Assembly: GCA_002269645.1 (NCBI GenBank)
Contig: NIVC01000647.1
Coordinates: forward strand, 124,001-188,000
DNA length: 64,000 bases
Origin: Macrostomum lignano
Lineage: Eukaryota
Reading direction: 5' to 3'
The position numbers and the translations under genes are program-made. Each line of letters starts with the position of its first letter. Position 1 is the stretch's first letter. The notes beneath the pieces were generated by a model, which made no database searches, had not been told where the DNA came from, and saw only the letters and a program-made list of their open reading frames with translations. Below are positions 11,731-23,500 of the stretch, piece after piece.

Positions 11731-14700
11731 CTACATGTTGCTGGCAGCCTTCCCCTGCAGCATTGAGTTGGCAGCGGCCAGCACCGCATCAGCATCTGGA
11801 CAGGCCGCCTTCACGAAGTCCATGGCCTTCTGGACCATCAGCTCCCACTGACTCTGCTGAGCTTTGAGACTGTGGCTGAGATGGGCGCAAACTAGAGCTG
11901 TGACCCAAACCGACTCGGACTGCAATGCGATTATGTGATACTGGTTAGAGTTCTGTGATAGAATCTTCACGGTGTGATCTTGATGGTGTGATCTCTGTGA
12001 TGTGATCTCTGTGGTGTGATCTTGATGGTGTGATCTCTGTGATGTGATCTCTGTGGTGTGATCTTGATGGTGTGATCTCTGTGATGTGATCTCTGTGGTG
12101 TGATCGCTATGGTGTAATCTCTATGGTGCAATCTCTATGGTGTGATCTCTATGGTGTGATCTCTATGGTGTGATCTCTATGGTGCGATCTCTATGGTGCG
12201 ATCTCTATGGTGTGATCTCTATGGTGTGATCTCTATGGTGTGATCTCTATGGTGTGATCTCTATGGTGTGATCTCTATGGTGTGATCTCTATGGTGTGAT
12301 CTCTATGGTGTGATCTCTATGGTGTGATCTCTATGGTGTGATCTCTATGGTGTGATCTCTATGGTGTGATCTCTCACTGGGATAGTTTCTGTTGTGTGTG
12401 GCTTGTGTGTACTTATAGTATCGCTTTCTATCGACTCCGTAGTTTCGTGCACTTCATGCAGTGTACACTGCCGGCACTCTACCGGGTATGTACATTGGTG
12501 TTTCGATAATATATATTGGCTTGATTACCCAGACTCTGGGTGTACGAGTTTTCGTAGCTTTAAACACATGACTTGGCTTTATCATAACAGTTTCGGTTAT
12601 GGCACAATTTTAAATTACAGGTGAGTAGCCAATCAGGATACTGCTTACAACTCCCTTCGGTGCGGACTTTGCGATCTCAACCAGGCTGATGCCCAGAAGG
12701 TCGGCAATGCTGTCGCTCGCGTCCCAGCGACCATCGAATTGCTGGGCCCCTGCGATCAGCATGACTGGATCGCTGCTGACATCGCGAGCTGTTGAAGCGC
12801 AAGACGAATTCGCTTTCAGTTTACGCTTGTTCTTGGCAGCGCGGCTGTCATCCAGCGGTGATGCAAGCCATTCCGTTTGCAAATCATCCGAATTTTCATC
12901 CGATTCATCCATAGCGATTGCGCCATAGCTCTCCTCCATAGCTGCCATATCCATCGTACAAAAACTCGGTGCAGCCATTTGCTGCTCTTCCTCGCATCGA
13001 ACTCCTCTAGAGAACGTCGAAGCTTCCTTTTTCTTACCAGCACCTGCCTTTTCCTTCTTGCTACCTGCACTTCTACTAAACAGAGAGGAAAGCGATGGAA
13101 GTCCGAACGACATGCCCTTCTTTTTCGGCTTACTCCGTGCATAAGAGTAGTACTGGTTGCCCTGGTCGGGCATCATGGACCCAACCGCACCCTCACCGTC
13201 CCAGCAGTCTTCAATAGACGGATCGTAGCAATTCGGCGATGCGGCTTGTCGCCTTTTCCCCTGCCGCTTCAGCCTTCGCTCCTCCCGCTTCAGCTCTTCA
13301 TTGGCCACAGAAACTGGCCTCTTTGTCGTCCTGTCGATGCCAACGAAGGCGGTGTACGCGGAGGCCAAGTTGGCGGCCAGGCTCAGTTCGATGATGCTCC
13401 TTGTGTGCTCTCCGCCACTGTTCGAGTCGCTCCACTCCTTCAACTGCAGCCAAGCGGCCGCTCTGCGCAGCAGCTGCGACGCCTCGCCAGACACTCCATC
13501 GCGGACGCACTCGATCTCAAAGTCTCTACCAGCAACGGAGAACTTCGCTACAGCCCGAATCGTCATTGAATTCGCTTCTGGAGATAACAGCAAAAATCGA
13601 CTCAGCCGAGCTGTTATCGGAACAGCTCCACCAGGTGGTTGCGGGTCGGTTGGCACGGTTCCAAGAAGCACCGACTTGCCGTCAAGTGTGGTTGCGTCAA
13701 TTCTCAGGTTCTCTACAGCTGCCGACTGAGCAGTTTTCAGCTGAGCGACCACGGCGCTCCTCAGCTGCTCGGCGACTCCGTCACGGACAAAGTCCGCGCG
13801 ACCTCCGCCGACTCGAGCAACGCCTTTTACCAGCGCCGTGGAGGCTCCGTGTCCGATCCCGATGGCTGACAGTCGGCAGTCGGAGCCAGCAGCCCCGCAC
13901 TTGCTCAGGACGAGGTCCTTCACTTGATCGGTGTTTGAGACCTCACCATCAGTCAGTAGGAACAGCCTCAGCTGACAAGTCGGGTCCCGATTGTCAAACG
14001 ACCATCTCAGCGCAGGCAAAATCTCTGTGCCACCCATGTCCGCTCGCATGGCCTCCTGCAGTCGAACAGCCTCAGCCAGGGACTGTTGAGAGTAATTCTG
14101 GCTGCTGCTGAACAGCTGGGTGAAGCTTGAGCCGAAGCTGACGACATTGAACTTGCAGCCGGAAGGAAGCGATTTGAGGAACAGCAGGAGCGCCTCCTGT
14201 GCTGAACGAATGTTCCGGCCGCTCATCGAGCCGCTCCTGTCGACAACGATGATGAACTCCTTCTGTGTCGAGTCCTTTGTCTGGGACTCGTCTAGGAATG
14301 CCGTGAACTGCGCGATCTCCTGCTGAAGAAAGGCGGATTCGGACCCGGCGGAGCCAGTCTCCCTCGTCATTACCGCGCCTGAGACGGGCGGCTCAAACTC
14401 GGCCACGAGCTCAATATCGCAGTCGCTGCCTAGCTGCTCCACCTCGAATTCAGATCGCTCTGACAGCCACTTCAACTGTCCTTGGTTGCACTTGACATTG
14501 CGCAAGTTTGGAAGGCCGTTCACCTTTCCCCGAAGTTTGAGTCCCGACAGCCATGGTTGAGCCGCGGTCTGCGAAGGTCCCGAACTCGCGAACTTGTCAA
14601 GCCGACTCTCCTCAGGCTCGTATCGCGGCACGAGAACCCTTGGGATTGTGAGGCTCACTTTATCTACGCTCAGCGTATCCAGCTCGACCACGCTGCTCAT

Positions 14701-15084
14701 TTCGATTTTCACCTTGGCCCCGGCAGCCACATTGCCGAGGTAGCACTCCATGAGGTCGGCCGAGCCGTCCACCTCGGAGGCGAGCGCGGCCGAGTACCCC
14801 GCATCGACAGCCGCTCTGTAGGCGGCCTTGGCCTCGGTCTTCTCGCGGCACTCGCACTCGACGGTGCGATCGTTCAACTCGGCAACCAGTCGGTACACCG
14901 AGGACGACTCGTCAACAGGAAACTTGAATGTAACGTTGCTCAGGACATCGGAGCTTCTATTGTGGTACAGGAGCGAGTAGGACACGTCAGCGTTCCAACC
15001 GATGATGCTGACCTGCACCGAGGACTCGATCAGGCTCAGGGCCGCCGATTTGCTTGCGTTGCCGTCGTAACAAAGCCAGTCCAT
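11731..15084 (-). CDS. VWA5A: VIT + vWA domain protein (VWA5A/PARP4-VIT-like). Exons about 15084-12649 and 11919-11731
   Basis: VIT-like N-terminus (FKFPVDESSSVYRLVAEL...EKTEAKAAYRAAV); vWA with MIDAS DRSGS and LFLLTDG. C-terminal VWVTALV...WELMVQKA matches the VWA5A C-terminus. Phase-0 GTAAGC/TTGCAG intron. The ORF is open up to 15396, so the start is uncertain. Confidence 0.85.
11972..12374. repeat. 14-bp intronic minisatellite (GGTGTGATCTCTAT)
   Basis: Direct tandem units inside the VWA5A intron. Confidence 0.95.
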
Positions 15085-16015
15085 CTTGAGCTCTGCCAGC
15101 AAAGAGCCTTGATAGCAAACAGTTGTTGACGAGCGAGAGCGAGAGGTTGGAATAGAGAGGGGGTTGCAATGAGCTTTATATAATGCATGCAGGGCTTGTG
15201 AGAGGTTTGGGGTGGGCTTTGAGTGTACAGTCAAACATTTTCCTGCCCTTGTTGCAATCTGTCGCTCTACTAAAGTACTTTTGCTACATGCAAGGTCGTA
15301 TGGGTGAGAAACATAAATGTCATTCATCCCTGTAAAACTGTGCATTGCAACTGAGCTCATAAAAACGTGAACAGGCCTTTGCAATTTGCAACACACATCA
15401 TCTCAACTTGGGTATATTATTCCACACTAGCAGCGTACGCAGGTTTCTATTTTTAGAAACATGAGTCGCGGCCTTGAAACTGAACGTACGCTCGTACACC
15501 GACCAGGGACTGTACTTATTATGATACTAACATGCACTCAATTTTAGGCAACTTTTCTTAACGAGAATTGCTTTTTCCATGCCGAATACTGCGCCACGCT
15601 ACTGTTACTAGACAACCATTGCCCTTCTAGGGAAAAATCCTCAGTGAGGAATGCCCATTCTACCTCTTTGGTGTTGAGAATGCGAAGCACTTTATCTGCG
15701 AATGACCCAGCCTTTGCTCAGGACAGGCTCACCTATCCAAGCCCAAACCCGGATATTTAAGGATTTTGGTGTTATCAGGAGGTGTTAACTGCTGATACAG
15801 CTAGATCTTACCATAGTGACAGAAGCGTTTGTCCTTACAGGTACTTATTTAAAAAGTGAGCCCAATAAGCCTAGTGAGCCCTATTGTATTAATTTTCTTG
15901 TCTAAAACAGAACTCCTTCTCCACATCTCTATGTTACCAGATGGCAAGCAATGCATGCCATTGTTTAGCAATTTGACGATCATTATTAGCATTTTTTATG
16001 CAGAACAATACATGA

Positions 16016-16447
16016 CTACAAACAATGCATTAATGGAATCAAAATTGGCATCAACTGGGGTTCGTTCGCCACGGCCCTCTTGTTGTTGGGCTGGCAGACG
16101 GCGCACTTCTGAACGTAACCTTGCGCAGATTTTGTCATGCCATTCCAATGAAATCGCCCCTGCAACTTCGATAGGGTGGACTTTATCCCCTGATGAGCTC
16201 CTCCAGTCGCAGAGGTGTGATATTCTTGAATTAATCGACTCCGTTCTTCTTGATCTTCCACCTCCAGGCGACGCTCCCTTGACCGATGGCGCTTCTTCTG
16301 ACTATCATCCCTAGCTGAGAGCTGATAGAACAGCTGCAGGCCCTTGTACCTGAAGTTGCGCGCCTTTTGCCGAACCTTGCTTTTGAAGTTGTTCTTCTCC
16401 TTAGTTGTTGTCAATGACGCAGGGACGTCGTATGCGCTACTAAGCAA
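16016..16447 (-). mobile_element. Gypsy/Ginger-type integrase N-terminal (H2C2 zinc-binding) fragment
   Basis: EYHTSATGGAHQGIKSTLSKLQGRFHWNGMTKSAQGYVQKCAVCQ is a classic integrase H-H-C-C domain. No DDE core follows. Confidence 0.8.
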
Positions 16448-18665
16448 GTAAAGTTTAGATTTTGATGTACTGAAAGTCAGAGGACATTAAAATTTTGTCA
16501 ACAGACTTACGGCAAAGAATGCGTGGCTATAAAAACTTCGACAGTATTCATGTGACATGTATAGGTGATATCAGATCACGGCTTAAACTGTGATTATTGA
16601 CAGGTTTTTAATCTCGTAAACCCCAGAGAGAAATCAGCCTAGGAGTGCGCTTGGCATGACTCGGCATGTCGTATTCACTCTGGGCCCAGATAAAATAACG
16701 CATCCAAAGTTATTCAGCCGAATACTTTTCTGCCTAGGATAATGGTTGGCATAAAACCGGGAAGGCCAGCGCAGAGTGCGCAGCGAAGCTGTAAATTAGA
16801 CTGAACATTTGTCCATGAAGTTACCCAGTTTAGTTTGTACCATTAAGTAGACCCCAGCCACCCCAAAGTGGCAAGAAGCTTCTCGCGTGCCGTATTTTTA
16901 GTTGCGTCACTCACAACAAGTGAGAAAAGTTCATCTCGCTTGGAGGGTGGAACTTTTGACTGTTGCCAAACTTTTGTTGCAAAACGAAAGCACATCGAAC
17001 ACGGACAGCAAAGTGCGGTTGAAAGGAACAGGCAGAATTTCGGCCAACTGCAAGTCTGCATATTCGATGTATTTCAGACTGTCTGGAAGGTGCGTGGGGG
17101 GAGAGACAGAGAAAGTAGCGATACGGTCTGGCTTAGAGAAGTACTGATGAGGGGCGCCGGTGCAGGTAGGGAGACGGCAGCTCGCACAGGTGACAACAAA
17201 TTCATGCGGAAGAGACCGGAGCTGCTGCTGTAAGCTGGAAACTGTGGAACCGCAATGCAAATCTTAGTTGAGCGCTTGAGTCTGCTGCACGAGCGGGATA
17301 ACTACTGACAAAAAGTAGACAGGAAGAACATTGTGCAAAAATCAACCGGGGAAAGGAAGAGCAGCCTGCATGGCCGGGACACTTCATCAGGGAGCGCCGG
17401 CCGGCATGCTGAAGATCGAAGCGCATGGCTCAGATGGAGAGCGGTGGAGTCTGTGCTGCAGACTCAGTACAGAAAGTGACAGAAAAAAGCACGCTGGAAA
17501 ATGAGACTCCAAAAGGAGGAGGTGCTGCTGCGGTGCGAGTAACTAAACTGCTTCTGCAAAGCTCAACAAAGACTGACGGGATAAAGCTACGGCATATTCT
17601 CCACCCAATGAGCTGGGATTAGCGATCCCACAGCTCACGGGCAGGCGGACAAAGCAAAATGCGAAAAAAATTCCCAAAAGCCTTAGCGACAAAGCCTAGC
17701 AAAAATAGAGTTGGAACCAAAGCTGCTCACAATGCAAAGTCGCAAAGTCGAAGAGGCAAAGAAAATCATTGCGCTGAACGGGCGGAGGGCCAAAATTTAC
17801 AGGAAATCAAAGAGAAAATTAAATGATCAAAGCGAAATGAAATTCCAGCGACATCATCGAGTTGCTGGGATAATCTGTCACCAGGAGTGCACTCTAAAAC
17901 AGGAGAGAACTAAAATATTGCTCAATGACGGAGAAAAGTAAACGAGAGTTCGAATTCCAAAAGCCAATTGGCGCGGACTGCAACTGCAAAAACACCGCAG
18001 ACAAGAGGGAGACAGCGAGACGGCAGCAGGCGAGAAGGCGGGGACAATTCAAGGTCAGTCGGAGAGGAAACTCGGGGTGCTGGAAAGTCGCTAGCAACAA
18101 CTGGGGCATTTACGAGTTCGGCAGTGTCTGTGGGCCGAGTGAGCTCAGCTGAGCAGTGCTCAAGAGGTCAAGCGGACGGCATCTCGTCCACCGGCTGCTT
18201 GGTCGGAGGCCGGTGCGGCTGTCCGACCCCGGAGTCAACGGGCGGACTGCGGTGCAGAGACGACCAGCCAGTCGAGGTGTTGGCCGACTTGACGCTGGCG
18301 GCGAGTCTGGTGGCGTTCCACAGCATGGCGCTGAGCTGCGAGTTGTGGGCGCCGCCCCAGCCCTGGAGACCCGCAGCGGCCGCGCTGGCCGAGGTCGCCG
18401 CCGACGAAGTCTTTGGCGGCAGCAGCATCGGCGGCACGATGGGCATCGCGGGCTGGGCGATCGCCTGCTGGCTGGCGGAGCTCATCGACAAGTTCGCCGA
18501 GGCGGCGGCGGCGGCCGCAGAGGTTGCCGGGCGGCGGAAGGCGGCGTCGGCACCGGCAGCAGTCTCGAGTCCGGCAAAGTCGGCAGCAGCTCCGGCCTGG
18601 TTGAAGTGCTGGTTGAGTAGCCGGGTGCCTTGCAGGGCGTTGTTCTGCGAGATGCGGCAGGGAGG

Positions 18666-19010
18666 CTGGGTTTGAGTACAGGGGCTGTGGGTTTGAGTAC
18701 AGGGGCTGTGGGTTTGAGTACAGTAACTGTGGGTTTGAGTACAGTAACTGCGGGTTTGAGTACAGTAACTGTGGGTTTGAGTACAGTGGCTGTGGGTTTG
18801 AGTACAGGGGCTGTGGGTTTGAGTACAGTAACTGCGGGTTTGAGTACAGGGTCTGTGGGTTTGAGTACAGTAACTGCGGGTTTGAGTACAGTAACTGCGG
18901 GTTTGAGTACAGTAACTGTGGGTTTGAGTACAGTAACTGCGGGTTTGAGTACAGTAACTGCGGGTTTGAGTAGAGTAACTGCGGGTTTGAGTACAGTAAC
19001 TGTGGGTTTT
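18666..19010. repeat. 21-bp minisatellite, mirror of 5955-6342
   Basis: GGGTTTGAGTACAGTAACTGC tandem units. Confidence 0.95.
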
Positions 19011-19619
19011 GGTACAGATACAATGCTAAAGTCGAGACGTGTAGCGCAGGCAAGTCAACCAGGTGCATAGGAATGTTCTGTGGTTGGTGCAGCATAAAAA
19101 ACGAAAAAACTCAAATCAAAACTTCAACCAACGACTTGAATTTTTCTGAAATTACTGCATCCCAAGCTTTTTTTGTACCCAATTAACAGAAAGAGAAAAA
19201 CAAAAACAAAAACAAATTCAAAGGCAGCCGAACAGCCAGAAAAACTGCTGGCATCAGCAGCCTCACATACCATGGCTCTGTACCAGCGAAATGTCTGCAA
19301 TGGGTTAAGGAGGAGTGGAAAAAACATTGCAGAAGCTGGACAACACGCATCTTTTTCAGATGGTGCAGCAGGAGGCACAAAATCATTTCCCGCTCAGGAT
19401 TAAAATGGCTGGATTAAAATCCATCGGCAAGCTGTAGCTCTGGGTGCTTGCCGGACTTACTCTGAGCAGGTACGGATGGGGCGGTCTGTGAAACAGCTGC
19501 TGAAATTGCCGAGTGGGGAGCTGATGAAGTGCTGGATACTCTGATGCAGTGAAGGATTCTGAACTGCGATTTGAGATTTCCACAATGGGTGCAAATAGTA
19601 GCTGATGAGCTAACGGTGA

Positions 19620-20545
19620 GAACACTGCAAGGCATTATGCAGACACTGCAAGGTATGGTGCAGACACTGCAAGGTATGGTGCAGACAGTGCAAGGCAGAC
19701 ACTGCAAAGCAGACACTGCAAGGCATTATGCAGACACTACAAGGCATTATGCAGACACTGCAAGGCATTATGCAGACACTGCAAGGCATTATGCAGACAC
19801 TGCAAGGCATTATGCAGACACTGCAAGGCATTATGCAGACACTGCAAGGCATTATGCAGACACTGCAAGGCATGGTGCAGACACACTTATGTCACAGCAG
19901 ACACACTCATGCCTCAGCAAACACACTGCAAGGTATGGTGCAGACACTGCAAGGCAGACACTGCAAGGTATGGTGCAGACACTGCAAGGTATGATGCAGA
20001 CAGTGCAAGGCAGACACTGCAAGGCAGACACTGCAAGGCAGACACTGCAAGGCAGACACTGCAAAGCAGACACTGCAAGGCCGACGCTGCAAGGCCGACG
20101 CTGCAAGGCAGACGCTGCAAGGCATGGTGCAGACACACTCATGTCACAGCAGACACACTCATGTCACAGCAGACACACTCATGTCACAGCAGACACACTC
20201 ATGTCACAGCAGACACACTCATGTCACAGCAGACACACTCATGTCTCAGCAGACACACTCATGTCACAGCAGACACACTCATGTCTCAGCAGACACACTC
20301 ATGTCTCAGCAGACACACTCATGCCACAGCAGACTCATGCCACAGCAGACACACTCATGTCACAACAGACACACTTATGTCTCAGCAGACACACTCATGT
20401 CACAACAGACACACTTATGTCTCAGCAGACACACTCATGTCACAGCAGACACACTCATGCCACAGCAGACACACTCATGTCACAGCAGACACACTCATGT
20501 CACAGCAGACACACTCATGCCACAGCAGACTCATGCCACAGCAAA
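19620..20545. repeat. Composite 21/14/20-bp minisatellite, mirror of 4364-5340 with different composition
   Basis: The GCAAGGCATTATGCAGACACT 21-mer is expanded and the 14-mer much reduced relative to the left arm. Confidence 0.9.
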
Positions 20546-23500
20546 CACTAAGAAATGGTGCAAAACACTCAAGTGACAACAACAGAGAACCAAAAAGGCA
20601 AGAGTGCTCAAACCTGAGGCAGAAGCTTGTTGAGCGTGTGAGCCTTGTTTCCTGGCCCTCCAGAAATCTGGCTGCTGTGCATCATCTGAGCCTGCATCTG
20701 CAGATTCGACAGCAGCATGGCCTGCAGTTGCTGCAGCTGCTGAGCCTGCATGGGCATCGGCAGACGGCGCTGAGCGGCTGCGGCAGCGGCGGCGGCGGCT
20801 GCCTGCGACGAAGCTCCAGAGGAGAACATGGGCTGAGCCGTCGGCGGCTGCTGCTTTTGCGGCTGTGGCGGAGGCTGCGAACGAGGCGGAAGCGGATGCT
20901 GAGCGATGAAGGGGGCAGCTGTGGGCTGAAGCGGCTTTGACTGCGGTGGCTGCTGCGGTGGCTGCGGCGGCTGCGGCGGCTGCTGATGTTGCGGCGGGGC
21001 CTGGCGGCCGCCCGGAAGCAGAGGCGGCACCGAGGCCTGGCGACCTCCGGCAGAACTGGCGGAAGCAGCGTCGTGCATTTGCACCTGCAGGTCGCCAATC
21101 AGCTTGTAGATAGCACGGCTGTCCTTGCTGCCTCGGGAGCTGCGGTCCGAGCCGCTGGAAGCTGCGCCCAGGCTGCTCTCGATTTCTTCGAGCGTCCGCG
21201 CCTGCCCGTTCGGCGGCAGAACCGGCATGGCGGAGCCTTCAGAAGATGCAGCGGCGACTGCGGCGGGCGGCGGTGGTGGCGGAGCGGCCGCCTCAGAGCC
21301 GAACAGCATCGACTTGAGGTTCGCCTCGACCTCCTGAGCGTGCAGCGGCCTATGTGGCGGCGGAGGCGGCGGCGGCTGCGGCGGGCGGAGCAGGTGCATC
21401 AGCGACGGTCCAACGTTCGGTGCAGTCTGCGGCTGCTGCTTGGTCTCATGTCCGTGCCTGCCGCGAATGTCCTGGAAGATTCGCTCAAGCTGCTGCTGAG
21501 CGCCATCTCGCTGCCCAGCCTCTGCTGCAGGCGGCTGCGGCTGCGGCTGCGACGGCTCGTCCACTGCCAGCCACTTGGCGAAGCGCGACGAGGAACCGCC
21601 GCCGCTCTCGAAGCTGCTGCTGCCTAGACCGAGTCCGTCGAGAGGCTGCTGCTTCTGCTGCTGCTGCTGGGTGGCCTCCGTCTTCTTGGAGCCGCCGTCG
21701 CCCTCGGCCGCCTCCATGTCTTCGGGAGGCCCGTCAACTCCAGCTTCTCCATCTTGTCCAGCGGTCCCTCATCGAACCAGGCGGGCAGCTCCTCCTCCTC
21801 GGCGGGCCGATGTCGCGGAGGCTGGAAGCCGCCGCGGAGGCCTTGAGGATCGCGTAGGCCTTGGCTTCGCTCCCACCGGCCGGAGACGCCCGGACCTCTT
21901 CGGCCGCTGCCGAAGCCGCCTCCGCCGACGCCCCCAGCGGTCGCTGGCCGGTCGGACCGGCGAACGAAGCCACCGGCGGAGCCTCCGCCGCCAAGCCGAG
22001 ACGATCCGAAGCCTCTGGCGACGTCGTCCCGCGGCTCCTTCCTGCCGTCCGGCTCTGTAGACTTGGCCGCCTGCTGGGTCTCCGCTGCGCTGCCAGGCGG
22101 CCACCCGCGCTGCCTTTGCGTTGAAGACGCCGCGGGAGACGCCGCCTCCTCTTTGGTGCGTTCTACGAGTTAGACAGGTGGTATTTGAGATTTTTTGAAC
22201 TTTTATCAAACTTTTTACGACTCGTGGTGCTGTTTTGGCCTCGGGAGACACTCTATCCCACTAATACTCGTAGGATGCCATAATATTTAACTTCTTATAA
22301 TACACTTGCTCAACACGCATCAGATTACTTTGGCGTGCACTGCATCGTTAGGAAGCTAAACCATGCATAACCAAGTAAATTATATCATTTTCTTGGATCC
22401 ACATGTACATGTGGGTTCGTGAAAAATAAAAAACGAAGGCTGTCGTGCATGGTCAGGGTAACACAAAGTGTATATGGCCATAAACAAAGCTTTGATCGTG
22501 ATAGAGACAAAGTGCATGCATGGATGAAGGAATAGAAGCTTTGGCTTCTGAGCGATAAAACTGTCTATGGCATGTAGTTCTGCCTCTGACTTTGGCTTCC
22601 CGTCATCAGTCATCTAAAAACACTTCCGGGCCATAGACGGTTTTAATCATGGGCCTCATTTGCTATTCAGTCTCTTCAAGTTGGTCTGAACACGAAGTCC
22701 AGTTATTTCGTTTGCACTCCATAGTATTGTTTGCATTTTTGCGTGTTTAAAACTAGCCCGCAGTTTTTTTTCTTAATTTTTGTGATTTGTACTTTGCTCA
22801 ATTTATCTATTAGTAGTCATCAGCTGACCTAAACCCAGCCTAGCTATCGCATTATCTATAAGCAACAGCATTACCCTTTTGTACCCTCCAAGTCGCATGG
22901 TGGTATGAGTCAGCATGTCACATGACTGGTGCCAAAGGGCAGTCTGATTGGCCCAGCCAACATAATAAATTAGCGATGGAAACATCAATATCGGACTCAC
23001 CCTCTGCCAACTATTATTAACCAAACGGGGTGTACATTAAGTCCAAAAAATTGTCAGAACGGCCGCCCACCACCCCTCTTCTCGATTTGCAATTAACTAG
23101 TTGAATTAATTTCACAACGCCTAGCTTACAATTTATAAGTATTAAATCGTTGTAACACAAATAACACTGCACGTACTAATGCATGAATGTGGACTGCAAA
23201 CATTAGAATGGTCACTTCAATCAAGAAAAACAAAATAACTCACTTCTTCGTCTCGATGACCTTCCAAACGACTGGCTGTCTTCGGCGCTGGGCCCGCTGC
23301 TGTAAGATGGCTGCATCATGGCGGCACCACGAACTGAAAGTTCAGTTTGGTGCGATGATGATCAGGGAGTTGCAGCATCAGCATAGTATTAATTATCAGG
23401 CAAGATGGGAGAAAAATGACAGAAAGTCTCACCGTTCCTGACTCGCTCAATCTTCGTCTTGCCATCGAAGGCGCTCTTCCGCTCTCCCTCGAAGAGTTTC

